A DNA stretch of 64,000 bases from Bacteroidia bacterium (GTDB lineage Bacteria; Bacteroidota; Bacteroidia; UBA8524): positions 34,349-98,348 of the forward strand of contig CAXPEB010000066.1 in the NCBI GenBank assembly GCA_964215915.1, written 5' to 3'. Positions 1 to 10,066 of the stretch are shown here, in pieces (within the stretch, counting starts at the first letter, position 1; each line of letters starts with the position of its first letter). The position numbers and the translations under genes are program-made. Below the pieces are notes generated by a model. It was not told where the DNA came from. It saw only the letters and a program-made list of their open reading frames with translations, and did not search any database.

Positions 1-1085
1 AACGTGGAACTCCCACCATGGGCGGGATCATTATCCTCATGGCCATCATCATTCCCACCCTGCTATTTGCCCGTATCGAGAACCTCTATATCACTTTGAT
101 CCTCGTAAGTACGGTGTGGCTGGGTTTTATCGGGTTTCTTGATGACTATATCAAAGTATTCAAAAAGGACAAGCGCGGGCTTGCCGGCCGGTTCAAGATC
201 ATGGGCCAGGTGGGCCTGGGACTTATCGTAGGAAGCACCCTGTACTTCAGTGAGGTGGTGCGTGTCCGGAATTACATCACCAAGGAGCAGGCGATCGAAC
301 AAGCTGGTCCGGAGGTGTTTTCCGAAACCTATACGTTCGATGCCAGCAAGGGAGAAGTGGGGCGCTTCATTGACCAGGGCGATACGCTTTACTACCTGGA
401 TGCCAAATCCATGGCCACCACCATTCCCTTTATCAAGGAAAATGAGTTCAACTATGCCGCCATCACCCATGCAATGGGGGATAACAATGGTCGTATGAAC
501 TGGCTGCTGTATGTATTGATCGTCACCTTCATCATCACGGCGGTATCTAACGGAGCCAATATTACAGATGGTATTGACGGGCTGGCTGCAGGAACTTCGG
601 CCATCATCGGGCTGATCCTCGGGGTATTTGCTTACCTCTCCGGGAATATCCTCTTTTCCAATTACCTGAACATCATGTATATCCCCAACCTGGGAGAACT
701 GGTGATCTTCTCCGGGGCTTTTGTCGGTGCCTGTATCGGGTTTCTGTGGTATAACTCCTTTCCGGCACAGGTGTTTATGGGCGATACCGGAAGCCTTGCC
801 CTGGGTGGAGTGATCGCCACGCTGGCTATCATGGTTCGTAAGGAACTGCTTATTCCTATTCTCTGCGGCATTTTCCTCGTGGAAAATCTCAGTGTGATGA
901 TACAGGTAAGCTACTTCAAGTACACGAAAAAGAAATACGGTGAAGGCCGGCGCATATTCCTCATGTCGCCGCTGCACCACCATTACCAGAAGAAAGGATA
1001 CCACGAAGCCAAGATCGTAACCCGCTTCTGGATCATCGGGATCTTCCTGGCCATACTCACCGTAATCACCCTAAAACTGCGCTGA
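1..1085 (+). CDS. mraY: Phospho-N-acetylmuramoyl-pentapeptide transferase (5' end outside the window)
   Basis: Frame open from the window edge (GTPTMGG). Motifs [39 protein letters not shown]. First gene of the dcw run. Confidence 0.97.
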   Translation, partial: RGTPTMGGIIILMAIIIPTLLFARIENLYITLILVSTVWLGFIGFLDDYIKVFKKDKRGLAGRFKIMGQVGLGLIVGSTLYFSEVVRVRNYITKEQAIEQAGPEVFSETYTFDASKGEVGRFIDQGDTLYYLDAKSMATTIPFIKENEFNYAAITHAMGDNNGRMNWLLYVLIVTFIITAVSNGANITDGIDGLAAGTSAIIGLILGVFAYLSGNILFSNYLNIMYIPNLGELVIFSGAFVGACIGFLWYNSFPAQVFMGDTGSLALGGVIATLAIMVRKELLIPILCGIFLVENLSVMIQVSYFKYTKKKYGEGRRIFLMSPLHHHYQKKGYHEAKIVTRFWIIGIFLAILTVITLKLR

Positions 1086-2440
1086 TGGAAAAAAGGCTGG
1101 TCATATTGGGGGCAGGCGAAAGCGGAACAGGTACCGCCATCCTGGGCAAAGCCCGGGGTTGGGAGGTGTTTGTTTCCGACCTGGGAACCATTCAGTCCCG
1201 GTATAAAACCGAACTGGACGGGGAAGGTATCGCCTGGGAGGAAGGCCGGCATAGCGAGGAAAAGATATTGAATGCCAGCGAGGTGGTGAAAAGTCCGGGA
1301 ATCCCCGATAAGGCCCCGCTGGTAAGAAAACTGAAAGAAGCCGGGATACCCGTTATCTCCGAGCTGGAGTTTGCTTCCCGCTATACGGATGCCAGGCTGA
1401 TCGGCATTACCGGTACCAACGGTAAAACCACCACTACTTCACTTATCCATCACATTTTTACTAAGGCCGGACTGAATGCCGGGCTGGCCGGGAATATCGG
1501 CGCCAGCTTCGCCCGGCAGGTGGCCCGGGAAAACCGCGATTACTATATCCTGGAGATCAGCAGCTTTCAGCTTGACGGCTGTTACGATATGCGCCTTCAC
1601 GGGGCAGTATTGTGCAACATCACCCCCGATCACCTCGACCGCTACGATTACAAACTGGAGAACTACATCGCTTCCAAGTTCCGGATCACCCGGAACCAGA
1701 CGGCAGAAGATGTTTTCGTGTACTGTGGAGACGATCCCATCACCCTGGAATGGATGGACCGATTTCCCATTAATGCTCAAAAGATCCCTTTCACCCTCAA
1801 TGCACAAAGCCCACAACATAATGGGGCTGGAGCCTGGCTGGAAGGGGAATATATCCATATACAAACCCAAAAACCGGAAAACACATTTACCATGGCAATA
1901 CAAGAACTCTCGCTAAGAGGCAAGCACAACACTTACAACTCCATGGCTGCCGCCATCATCTCCAATGCTTTCAGCATTCGTAAGGAGGTGATTCGTGAAA
2001 GCCTTTCCGATTTCCAGAATGTGGAGCACCGCCTGGAAAGCCTCGGAAAGGTGAAAGGAGTGGAATTCATTAATGACTCCAAGGCTACCAATGTCAACTC
2101 GGCCTGGTATGCCCTGGAAAGTATGGATCGCCCTGTGATCTGGATTGCCGGGGGAGTGGACAAAGGCAATGATTACAGCCTGCTCCAGAACCTGGTGAAG
2201 GAAAAGGTACGCATCATCGTATGCCTGGGTACCGACAACCGTAAGATTCATGAGGCCTTTTCCAAAGATGTGGACATGATCCTCAATACCACTTCCATGC
2301 AGGAAGCGGTGAACGTGGCGTACCACATGGCCAATAAAGAGGAAGCGGTGCTGCTTTCGCCGGCCTGTGCCAGCTTCGACCTTTTTGAGAACTATGAAGA
2401 CCGCGGCCGGCAGTTTAAAAAATTTGTGAAAAACCTGTAA
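1085..2440 (+). CDS. murD: UDP-N-acetylmuramoyl-L-alanine--D-glutamate ligase
   Basis: GAGESG, GITGTNGKTTT P-loop, EISSFQL, NITPDHLDRY, NDSKATN, LSPACASFD. Confidence 0.97.
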   Translation: MEKRLVILGAGESGTGTAILGKARGWEVFVSDLGTIQSRYKTELDGEGIAWEEGRHSEEKILNASEVVKSPGIPDKAPLVRKLKEAGIPVISELEFASRYTDARLIGITGTNGKTTTTSLIHHIFTKAGLNAGLAGNIGASFARQVARENRDYYILEISSFQLDGCYDMRLHGAVLCNITPDHLDRYDYKLENYIASKFRITRNQTAEDVFVYCGDDPITLEWMDRFPINAQKIPFTLNAQSPQHNGAGAWLEGEYIHIQTQKPENTFTMAIQELSLRGKHNTYNSMAAAIISNAFSIRKEVIRESLSDFQNVEHRLESLGKVKGVEFINDSKATNVNSAWYALESMDRPVIWIAGGVDKGNDYSLLQNLVKEKVRIIVCLGTDNRKIHEAFSKDVDMILNTTSMQEAVNVAYHMANKEEAVLLSPACASFDLFENYEDRGRQFKKFVKNL

Positions 2441-2443
2441 ACG

Positions 2444-3634
2444 ATGAACTGGCTGTTCAATAGAGTAAAAGGAGACCGCTTCATCTGGGCGATCGTCATT
2501 GTGCTGTACCTATTCGGCCTGCTGGCCGTTTACAGTGCAACGGGGTCGCTTGCGTTCAAACGCGACGGAAATACGGAATTCTTTTTCTTCAAACAGCTGG
2601 CCTTTATCCTGATCGGTTTGGGCATGATGTGGTTGTGCCATCTGCTCGATTACCGATACTATTCGCGTATTGCCCAACTCCTGCTTTACCTGTCTTTTCC
2701 GTTGCTGGCGTATACCCTGTTCTTTGGGGTGGAAATCAATAATGCGGCACGCTGGCTGGCTATTCCCGGTACCGGACTGACTTTTCAGACTTCCGATCTG
2801 GCCAAACTTGCGTTGATCATGTATGTGGCGCGCTTTCTCTCAAAAAGCCAGGATTATATCCACGATTTCCGCAAGGCCTTTATCCCCATCCTTGCTTCTG
2901 TTACCCTGATCTGCCTGCTCATTGCCCCGGCAAACCTTTCTACGGCCCTGGTGCTGTTTTCCACCTGCCTGTTGCTGATGTTCCTGGGGCGTATCCCCGT
3001 GCGCTATATCCTGTTGGTGGTAGGTACGGGAGTGGCTGGCTTTGTTCTGGCGGCAACACTGGTGCTCAATATTCCCGATGAGAAACTGGAAGGCTTTGCC
3101 CGCCTTCCTACCTGGAAAAACCGTATCGAGAGCTTCCTGAGTGATGAAGAGAACATCAACGAAGATTACCAAAATATTCAGGCGAAGATTGCCATTGCTC
3201 GCGGCGGGCTGATGGGAAAAGGACCCGGAAACTCCGTACAGCGTAATTTCCTGCCGGAGTCGTATTCGGATTTTATCTATGCCATTATCCTGGAAGAATA
3301 CGGCCTGATGGGAGGGGCCTTCCTGATCGTGATCTACCTGCTTTTGCTGTTCCGCTCTATCCGTATTGTCATACGCAGCCCGCGTGCTTTTGGGGCACTG
3401 TTGGCGGTAGGGTTAAGTTTCAGTCTGGTGGTTCAGGCCTTTATTAATATGGGGGTAGCCGTGAATGTTTTCCCGGTTACGGGCCTGGCACTGCCGCTTA
3501 TCAGTATGGGAGGAACCTCTACCTTGTTTACCAGTATTGCATTCGGGATCATACTTAGTGTCAGCCGCGACTCGGAGCCCGAGGAAGAAGAACCGGCGGC
3601 AAAAGAGGAAGGAGGTAACGTTGTCGTTGCGTAG
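2444..3634 (+). CDS. ftsW: SEDS-family peptidoglycan polymerase FtsW
   Basis: Multi-TM protein; AARWL, FQTSDLAKL, FLPESYSDFIYAIILEEYG, PVTGLALPLISMGGTS; lies between murD and murG. Confidence 0.95.
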   Translation: MNWLFNRVKGDRFIWAIVIVLYLFGLLAVYSATGSLAFKRDGNTEFFFFKQLAFILIGLGMMWLCHLLDYRYYSRIAQLLLYLSFPLLAYTLFFGVEINNAARWLAIPGTGLTFQTSDLAKLALIMYVARFLSKSQDYIHDFRKAFIPILASVTLICLLIAPANLSTALVLFSTCLLLMFLGRIPVRYILLVVGTGVAGFVLAATLVLNIPDEKLEGFARLPTWKNRIESFLSDEENINEDYQNIQAKIAIARGGLMGKGPGNSVQRNFLPESYSDFIYAIILEEYGLMGGAFLIVIYLLLLFRSIRIVIRSPRAFGALLAVGLSFSLVVQAFINMGVAVNVFPVTGLALPLISMGGTSTLFTSIAFGIILSVSRDSEPEEEEPAAKEEGGNVVVA

Positions 3635-4712
3635 TGTGATTATATCGGGTGGAGGAACCGGAGGTCATATCTTCCCTGCGGTGGCCATCGCCAATGAGAT
3701 CCGGGAGCAGTACCCGGAATGCAATATCCTTTTCGTGGGTGCAAAGGGGCGAATGGAAATGACTCGTGTACCGGAGGCAGGCTATGATATAGAAGGGCTG
3801 GATATTGCCGGGCTTCAGCGTAAACTCGATCCATCCAATTTCCTCTTGCCATTCAAAGTATTGAAAAGTTACCGCCAGGCTTCTGCCATACTGAACCGGT
3901 TCAAACCGCAGGTGGCCGTTGGGGTAGGAGGCTATGCCAGCGGGCCGCTGCTTTTTGCAGCCCAGATGAAAGGCATTCCCACGCTGATCCAGGAACAGAA
4001 CAGTTATGCCGGCCTGACCAACAAAATGCTCGCCCGAAATGCCAGTCGCATTTGTGTGGCCTATCCGGGTATGGAAAGCTATTTCCCTGCCCATAAGCTG
4101 GTGCTTACCGGTAATCCGGTTCGTGATGAGATGGTGGATACGGAAGGCAAAAAAGCGGAGGCGCTTCAGTTCTTCGGCCTGAGTCCGGATCAGCCCGTGG
4201 TTCTTTCCATTGGCGGAAGCCTGGGAGCCCGAAGCCTGAACAGGGCTTTACACGAACATATTAACCGTTTTCCGGACAGTGGGGTGCAACTGATCTGGCA
4301 AACCGGAAAGCACTATGCGGAAAAGGCTGCCGGAGAGAAACAACCGGGCATAGCCGTAGAGGCTTTTATCAAAAGAATGGACTTGGCCTATGCCGCTGCG
4401 GATGTAATTATTTCCCGGGCCGGTGCCATGTCCATTTCAGAGCTCTGCCTTGTGGGGAAACCCTGTATCCTGGTTCCTTCTCCCAATGTAGCCGAAGACC
4501 ATCAGACCAAGAATGCCAGGGCATTGGTGGATGCAGGAGCAGCACGTATGATCCCCGATGCAGAAGCACAGGAACACCTGGTGGAGGAAGTGCTGCAGTT
4601 GCTGAAAAAAACGGAAGATGCCCGGGCTTTGTCCGAGCATATTCGCCGCCTGGCTATTCCCGATGCGGCCGCCCGGATTGTTGAGGAGCTAAAAAAACTA
4701 ACCGATGCGTGA
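3621..4712 (+). CDS. murG: Undecaprenyl-PP-MurNAc-pentapeptide GlcNAc transferase
   Basis: SGGGTGGHIFP, GGYASGP, EQNS, GGSLGA, SRAGA, HQTKNA. Start moved from the ORF-track 3465 to an in-frame TTG at 3621, preceded by GGAGG and just before the conserved N-terminal motif. Confidence 0.95.
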   Translation: MSLRSVIISGGGTGGHIFPAVAIANEIREQYPECNILFVGAKGRMEMTRVPEAGYDIEGLDIAGLQRKLDPSNFLLPFKVLKSYRQASAILNRFKPQVAVGVGGYASGPLLFAAQMKGIPTLIQEQNSYAGLTNKMLARNASRICVAYPGMESYFPAHKLVLTGNPVRDEMVDTEGKKAEALQFFGLSPDQPVVLSIGGSLGARSLNRALHEHINRFPDSGVQLIWQTGKHYAEKAAGEKQPGIAVEAFIKRMDLAYAAADVIISRAGAMSISELCLVGKPCILVPSPNVAEDHQTKNARALVDAGAARMIPDAEAQEHLVEEVLQLLKKTEDARALSEHIRRLAIPDAAARIVEELKKLTDA

Positions 4713-6078
4713 GTCCTTTTCCCATAGCGCCATCTATTTTCTGGGTATCGGGGGTATCGGTATGAGTGCACTCGCCAGGTATTTTCAGGCCCTGGGATAT
4801 ACGGTGGCGGGGTACGACAAAACGCCGTCTCCACTTACCCGTGAGTTGGAGGAGTCGGGAATTGAAATCGTATACCGCGAAGAGGTAGAAGCCCTGCCTG
4901 CAGCAATACGTGATCTTGATCCGGATAAAGTACTCTGGGTCTATACGCCTGCGGTGCCTGCTGCAATGAAACAGCTTGCCTGGTTGCGGGAGCAAGGAAT
5001 AATGCCCGTTAAAAGAGCCAGGTTGCTGGGTATGGTTACCCAAGGGCGTTATGCCCTGGCAGTAGCCGGTACCCACGGTAAAACCACAACCAGCGCTCTG
5101 CTGGCACACCTGCTCAGGGCAGCGGGGAAAGACTGTACCGCATTTTTGGGGGGCATTTCCGTAAACTATGGTACCAACTACCTGGAAGCTACCGATGTGG
5201 AAGACGCCCCGGTAGTGGTGGAAGCCGATGAATTCGACCGTTCCTTTTTACAGCTTCGGCCCAATTGTGCGATTGTGACCTCGGTGGACGCAGATCACCT
5301 GGACATTTACGGAGGAGCTGAAAGCTTCCGGCAGGGTTTTGAAGATTTTGTTACGTTGTTGCCTGAGGAAGGACTGTTATTGCAGCGCAAAGGACTGAAT
5401 CTGGTCACCGGCGCCACGCAGTATACATACGCTGCCGGAGAAGAAGCCGATTATGCCGCACTCAATATTCGTATTGGCGACGGTGCCTATCTCTGGGACC
5501 TGAAAACTCCCGATGGCACGCTTCATGACCTGCGTCTGGGTTTGCCCGGAAGGCACAATATGGAGAATGCCGTAGCGGCTTCTGCCCTGGCATTGTATCG
5601 GGGGGTGAAGGAAGAGGAACTTCGGGCCGGACTGGCTTCATTCCTCGGAGTAAAACGACGCTTTGAAAAGATTGTGGAGCGCCCGGATTGTGTGTATATC
5701 GATGACTATGCCCATCATCCCAGGGAGCTCAGTGCCTGTATCGAAAGTGTGCGGGAACTTTATCCCGGTAAAAAGATCACCGGAATATTTCAGCCGCACC
5801 TGTATTCCCGTACCCGTGATTTTATGGATGACTTTGCCAGGAGCCTGAGCCTGCTGGATGTTTGTGTATTGATGGATATCTACCCGGCCAGAGAACTGCC
5901 CGTTGAGGGAGTCAGTTCTGCAGCGTTACTGAAAAGAATTACCTGTGCCGAAAAAGAGCTGTTGTCTGCGGAAGCGATACCCGCGTGGGTGCGCAGAGAG
6001 CAGCCGGAGCTTTTACTTACTCTGGGTGCCGGCGATATTGATCGACTGGTGCCGCAACTCAGGGAGGTGTTGGTATGA
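4705..6078 (+). CDS. murC: UDP-N-acetylmuramate--L-alanine ligase
   Basis: GIGGIGMSALA, AGTHGKTTTS, EADEFDRSFL, DHLDIYG, DDYAHHP, FQPHLYSRT, LGAGDI. Confidence 0.97.
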   Translation: MRESFSHSAIYFLGIGGIGMSALARYFQALGYTVAGYDKTPSPLTRELEESGIEIVYREEVEALPAAIRDLDPDKVLWVYTPAVPAAMKQLAWLREQGIMPVKRARLLGMVTQGRYALAVAGTHGKTTTSALLAHLLRAAGKDCTAFLGGISVNYGTNYLEATDVEDAPVVVEADEFDRSFLQLRPNCAIVTSVDADHLDIYGGAESFRQGFEDFVTLLPEEGLLLQRKGLNLVTGATQYTYAAGEEADYAALNIRIGDGAYLWDLKTPDGTLHDLRLGLPGRHNMENAVAASALALYRGVKEEELRAGLASFLGVKRRFEKIVERPDCVYIDDYAHHPRELSACIESVRELYPGKKITGIFQPHLYSRTRDFMDDFARSLSLLDVCVLMDIYPARELPVEGVSSAALLKRITCAEKELLSAEAIPAWVRREQPELLLTLGAGDIDRLVPQLREVLV

Positions 6079-6857
6079 AAATACGCGGCTGGTCATTGAT
6101 TCGTATCCTGCAGCTGAGCCTGTGGACACTATTGATCCTGGGAATCCTGATCATTTGGGGCTTTGCCCGTTCGGGTCAGGACAGCATGTTGGTTAGGGAG
6201 GTCAGTATCCGCTTCACGCCAAATACCGAAATGGTGTTTACAGACTGGAATGATGTGGCGCTGATGCTTACAGGCGATGGCAATGTTGCCGCAATGCAGG
6301 GCAAACCCGTTTCGTTGTATGATGTAGGGAAGCTGGAACGAACCCTGGAAGAGAGCCCTTATATCCGTAATGCCGAAGTATACACGGAATTGGATGGGGT
6401 GTTGAAGATCGATGTGGAACAACGCAGGCCCATCCTTCGGGTATTCAGGCAAGACAGTAAGGGGTTTTATGTGGATGAAGAAGGGTGGAAGATGCCCCTG
6501 TCACCCCGGTATTCCGCAAGGGTGCCTGTGGTTAGGGGAGCCATTGCCGAAGGGTATGAGGGAAACGACAGTATACGCACGGAACAACTGGCCGATGTGT
6601 ATGGATTGGTTCTTAAGCTGAAGGCAGATGATTTTTGGGACAGGCAGATTGATGAGATCCATATTGACAGCAAGGGCGAATATGTATTGATCCCGAAAAT
6701 CGGGAGTCAGCGTATTCTTTTGGGAGACAGTAAGGACCTGGAAGAAAAGTTATACCGCCTTAAGATGTTTTACCGCCATGCCATGAACCGCGTGGGCTGG
6801 ACGACCTATAGAGTGATTAATTTAAAGTACAGTGGGCAGGTTGTGTGCGAAAAATAG
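6075..6857 (+). CDS. ftsQ: Cell division protein FtsQ/DivIB
   Basis: Single N-terminal TM, POTRA-like segment (LERTLEESPYIRNAEVY), C-terminal INLKYSGQVVC; position between murC and ftsA. Confidence 0.88.
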   Translation: MKIRGWSLIRILQLSLWTLLILGILIIWGFARSGQDSMLVREVSIRFTPNTEMVFTDWNDVALMLTGDGNVAAMQGKPVSLYDVGKLERTLEESPYIRNAEVYTELDGVLKIDVEQRRPILRVFRQDSKGFYVDEEGWKMPLSPRYSARVPVVRGAIAEGYEGNDSIRTEQLADVYGLVLKLKADDFWDRQIDEIHIDSKGEYVLIPKIGSQRILLGDSKDLEEKLYRLKMFYRHAMNRVGWTTYRVINLKYSGQVVCEK

Positions 6858-6890
6858 CCACATCCATGCCGGATAAATCGATATAATTGG

Positions 6891-8210
6891 ATGAGTATGC
6901 AGAACTCCAAAATCATAGTCGGACTGGATATAGGCACCACCAAGGTGTGTGCGATCGTTGGTCGTTACAACGAATTCGGAAAAGTAGATGTGCTGGGCAT
7001 GGGAAAAGCCGATTCCCACGGGGTTTCGCGTGGAGTGGTCAGCAATATCAACAAAACCGTGGATGCCATCCACAAAGCGGTGGAAGAAGCTTCCGAGCGC
7101 TCCGGAGTGGATATCAAGACGGTGCATGTAGGGATTGCCGGACAGCATATCCGCAGCCTTCAGCACCGTGGTATCATCGCTCGTAGCAATGTGGATAACG
7201 AGATTGATGCGGCGGATCTGGCCAAACTGGAGGCCGATATGCATAAGCTGGCCATTGCGCCGGGAGATCAGATACTGCATGTATTGCCACAGGAGTATAT
7301 GGTAGACAATGAGCCGGGGATCAAAGACCCGGTAGGAATGAGTGGGGTAAGGCTGGAAGGAAACTTCCATGTGATCACGGCATCCATCAATGCAGCACGT
7401 AATATATATAAGTGTGTAAGGCTTGCCGGGCTCGAAGTTGCCGACCTCATCCTGGAACCGCTTGCTTCTTCCGAGGCGGTGCTCAGTCCCGAAGAACTGG
7501 AAGCAGGAGTTGCCCTGGTTGACATTGGTGGCGGTACCACAGACATAGCCATCTTCCATGACGGTATTATCCGCCATACTGCCGTTATTCCTTATGGAGG
7601 TAACGTAATTACCGAAGATATCCGGGAAGGCTGCAATGTAATGCGCGATCATGCAGAACTGCTCAAACTGAAATTCGGTTCCGCACTGGCGGAAGAGACC
7701 AAACAGAACGAGATTATTTCCATACCGGGGCTACGCGGCCGGGAGCCTAAAGAGATCGGGGTACGCAACCTGGCCAGGATCATACAGGCCCGTGTCGAAG
7801 AAATTTTCGAACTGGTTTATTGTGAGGTTAAGAATAGCGGGCTGGAGAAAAAACTCATCGGGGGCATTGTGGTTACCGGTGGCGGGTCACAGCTGAAACA
7901 CATCACACACCTTATAGAATACATTACCGGACTGGATGCCCGAATCGGTTATCCGAACGAACACCTGGCCAAAGGAATGGTGGAAGAGGTGAAGAGCCCG
8001 ATGTATGCCACGGGTATCGGTTTGCTGATCAAAGGACTTAAAACCCAGGATCGCGAAGAGAAAAAAGCGAACGGAACGGGCCCGCAGACCCAGGCCGAAA
8101 AAAGAGAGGCTACCAGCCAACGGCAGCGCCTCGGGTTCCTCAATAACATTAAGAACAAGTTTGAGGAGTTCATGAAAAACGACGGAGATTTTGAAGATTA
8201 TAAAAACTAA
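6891..8210 (+). CDS. ftsA: Cell division protein FtsA
   Basis: GLDIGTTKV, VDIGGGTTD, GGIVVTGGGSQL actin-like ATPase motifs; amphipathic C-terminal helix. Confidence 0.97.
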   Translation: MSMQNSKIIVGLDIGTTKVCAIVGRYNEFGKVDVLGMGKADSHGVSRGVVSNINKTVDAIHKAVEEASERSGVDIKTVHVGIAGQHIRSLQHRGIIARSNVDNEIDAADLAKLEADMHKLAIAPGDQILHVLPQEYMVDNEPGIKDPVGMSGVRLEGNFHVITASINAARNIYKCVRLAGLEVADLILEPLASSEAVLSPEELEAGVALVDIGGGTTDIAIFHDGIIRHTAVIPYGGNVITEDIREGCNVMRDHAELLKLKFGSALAEETKQNEIISIPGLRGREPKEIGVRNLARIIQARVEEIFELVYCEVKNSGLEKKLIGGIVVTGGGSQLKHITHLIEYITGLDARIGYPNEHLAKGMVEEVKSPMYATGIGLLIKGLKTQDREEKKANGTGPQTQAEKREATSQRQRLGFLNNIKNKFEEFMKNDGDFEDYKN

Positions 8211-9635
8211 GTGCCAGATACCATGACGAAAGAGCCGAAATTTATCGTAGACCTTCCCAAAGAACGTTCGTCGATCATCAAAGTGATCGGTGTGGGAGGA
8301 GGAGGCAGCAATGCCGTCAATCACATGTTCCGTCAGGGTATTGCCGGCGTGGATTTTTTTGTCTGCAATACCGACTCACAGGCATTGGAACTGAGTCCGG
8401 TGCCCAATAAAATTGCAATAGGAAATCACCTTACAGAAGGACTCGGTGCCGGACAGGAACCGGAGATCGGGAAAAAGGCGGCACTGGAAAGTATCGAAGA
8501 CATCATCGATCGTCTCGGGGTAAATACCAAAATGCTCTTTGTAACGGCTGGCCTCGGAGGGGGTACCGGAACCGGTGCTGCTCCTGTTATTGCAGCTACA
8601 GCCAAAGAGTTGGGGATTCTTACCGTGGCGATCATCACTACTCCTTTCCGTTTTGAAGGAAAGAAAAAGACCGAGCAGGCTCAGCGCGGATTGGAAGAGA
8701 TCCGTCGTTGTGTGGATGCGCTTCTGGTTATCTCCAATGATAAGCTGATCGAGATGTACGGGAATCTGTCGCTGAGTAATGCCTTTTCTCATGCCGATAA
8801 TGTCCTGACCATTGCCGCCAAAGGTATTGCGGAGATCATTACCCTGAAGGGAATTATGAACGTGGACTTTGCCGACGTAAAGACGGCCATGACGGATAGC
8901 GGAGTAGCCATTATGGGGAACGGAGTGGCCGAAGGAGAGAACAGGGCTATTGATGCTGCCCGCACTGCGTTGGAGTCTCCCTTACTGGATGAAAACCGTA
9001 TCCGTGGCGCTAAGAATATCCTGCTAAATATTACGTATGGCACCGAAGAGATTTTGATGGAGGAAGCTGCTTCCATCAATGAATTCTTCCAGGACCAGGC
9101 CGGCATGACTGCCAACCTCAAATGGGGTTATTGCAAGGATGAGAATCTGGGAAAGAAACTTTCCGTTACGATCATAGCTACCGGTTTCGAATCTAAGGAG
9201 AATACACTGCGTCAGCAGGAGGAGAGTAAAGTACGTATCAATCTCGAGACTTCTGAAAAGGAGGAGAAGAGTGAAACTGCAACCGGTACGGAAAAAACCG
9301 GCGATTTGTTCACCGGAGCGGAAGAAAAACAGCCTGTAGCCGAAGAGCAAGCGGATGCCGTTGAAGCCGCGAGTCAGGAGGATATGGATGCGGAACGAAT
9401 TCGGCGGATCAAGGAAAGAATGCAGCAGTTGCGCAATTTGAGCAACACCTACAATTCTCCCAATGGGGTGGATGAGTTGCACGATGAACCTGCCTATATG
9501 CGAAGGAAGGTGGATTTTGAGGAAGTCAAGCCATCTTCTGAAAACAGTATCTCACGCTATTCCCTTTTTGAAGACGAAGAGAAAAAACCCGAAATTCGGA
9601 AGAACAACAGTTTCCTGCATGACAATGTAGACTGA
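8211..9635 (+). CDS. ftsZ: Cell division GTPase FtsZ (start GTG 8211 or ATG 8223)
   Basis: IKVIGVGGGGSNAV, GLGGGTGTG tubulin signature, NVDFADV; C-terminus EPAYMRR...NNSFLHDNVD as in Bacteroidota. Confidence 0.98.
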   Translation: MPDTMTKEPKFIVDLPKERSSIIKVIGVGGGGSNAVNHMFRQGIAGVDFFVCNTDSQALELSPVPNKIAIGNHLTEGLGAGQEPEIGKKAALESIEDIIDRLGVNTKMLFVTAGLGGGTGTGAAPVIAATAKELGILTVAIITTPFRFEGKKKTEQAQRGLEEIRRCVDALLVISNDKLIEMYGNLSLSNAFSHADNVLTIAAKGIAEIITLKGIMNVDFADVKTAMTDSGVAIMGNGVAEGENRAIDAARTALESPLLDENRIRGAKNILLNITYGTEEILMEEAASINEFFQDQAGMTANLKWGYCKDENLGKKLSVTIIATGFESKENTLRQQEESKVRINLETSEKEEKSETATGTEKTGDLFTGAEEKQPVAEEQADAVEAASQEDMDAERIRRIKERMQQLRNLSNTYNSPNGVDELHDEPAYMRRKVDFEEVKPSSENSISRYSLFEDEEKKPEIRKNNSFLHDNVD

Positions 9636-9660
9636 TCCGAAATCCCGTAGAATTTATTGA

Positions 9661-9694
9661 AAGCCGCGTCCCTAAAGGGATGTGGCTTTTTTTA
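9661..9694 (+). terminator. Intrinsic terminator of the dcw cluster
   Basis: AGCCGCGTCCC-taaa-GGGATGTGGCT stem-loop followed by a T run, about 25 nt after the ftsZ stop. Confidence 0.85.
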
Positions 9695-9885
9695 TGATCC
9701 GGAGAAATGGACGGAAAACGGCCCTTTTATCAGCTTTTTCGCCATGAAGAAAAGTCCGGGATTTTGTAAAAAGCTGATAATCAGAGGTGATTTTCTGAGT
9801 GGTGGATTTCGGTTGGTAAACGGAACGCGCAAAATATCAGCTAGTTGTGCGTTTTATCGACGAATGAGTACGGGCCCTCATAGAA

Positions 9886-9893
9886 TATATTTG
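9886..9893 (+). promoter_or_regulatory. Possible Bacteroidota sigma-A -7 element upstream of the large T9SS genes
   Basis: TATATTTG matches TAnnTTTG; no clear -33 TTTG partner seen. Confidence 0.35.
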
Positions 9894-10066
9894 ACATATA
9901 GTTAAGAGTAATTATAACTTCGGGTAATACTAAATCTTTGTACAAGCCAGAAGTACAGTAAAGATAAGGGTTCAGGGGAAAGGCTATTAGCCATTAATGG
10001 GAAAGGTCTACGTGTGCCTCTGTAGGGGAGATACGGCTTGTCTAGAAGCGAATACAAAGCGTATAA

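Noticed and set aside
250-480. Long loop insertion in MraY
   Set aside because: An extended loop here is, as I recall, common in Bacteroidota MraY; not evidence of novelty.
9657-9905. 82-aa ORF after ftsZ
   Set aside because: Runs through the terminator hairpin and promoter region; no motifs.
9940-10060. Possible riboswitch in the adhesin 1 leader (ACAAGCC...GGCTTGT pairing, GGGAAAGG motifs)
   Set aside because: The order of elements does not match the cobalamin or c-di-GMP consensus as I recall it; a 7-bp pairing is too weak without an Infernal scan.
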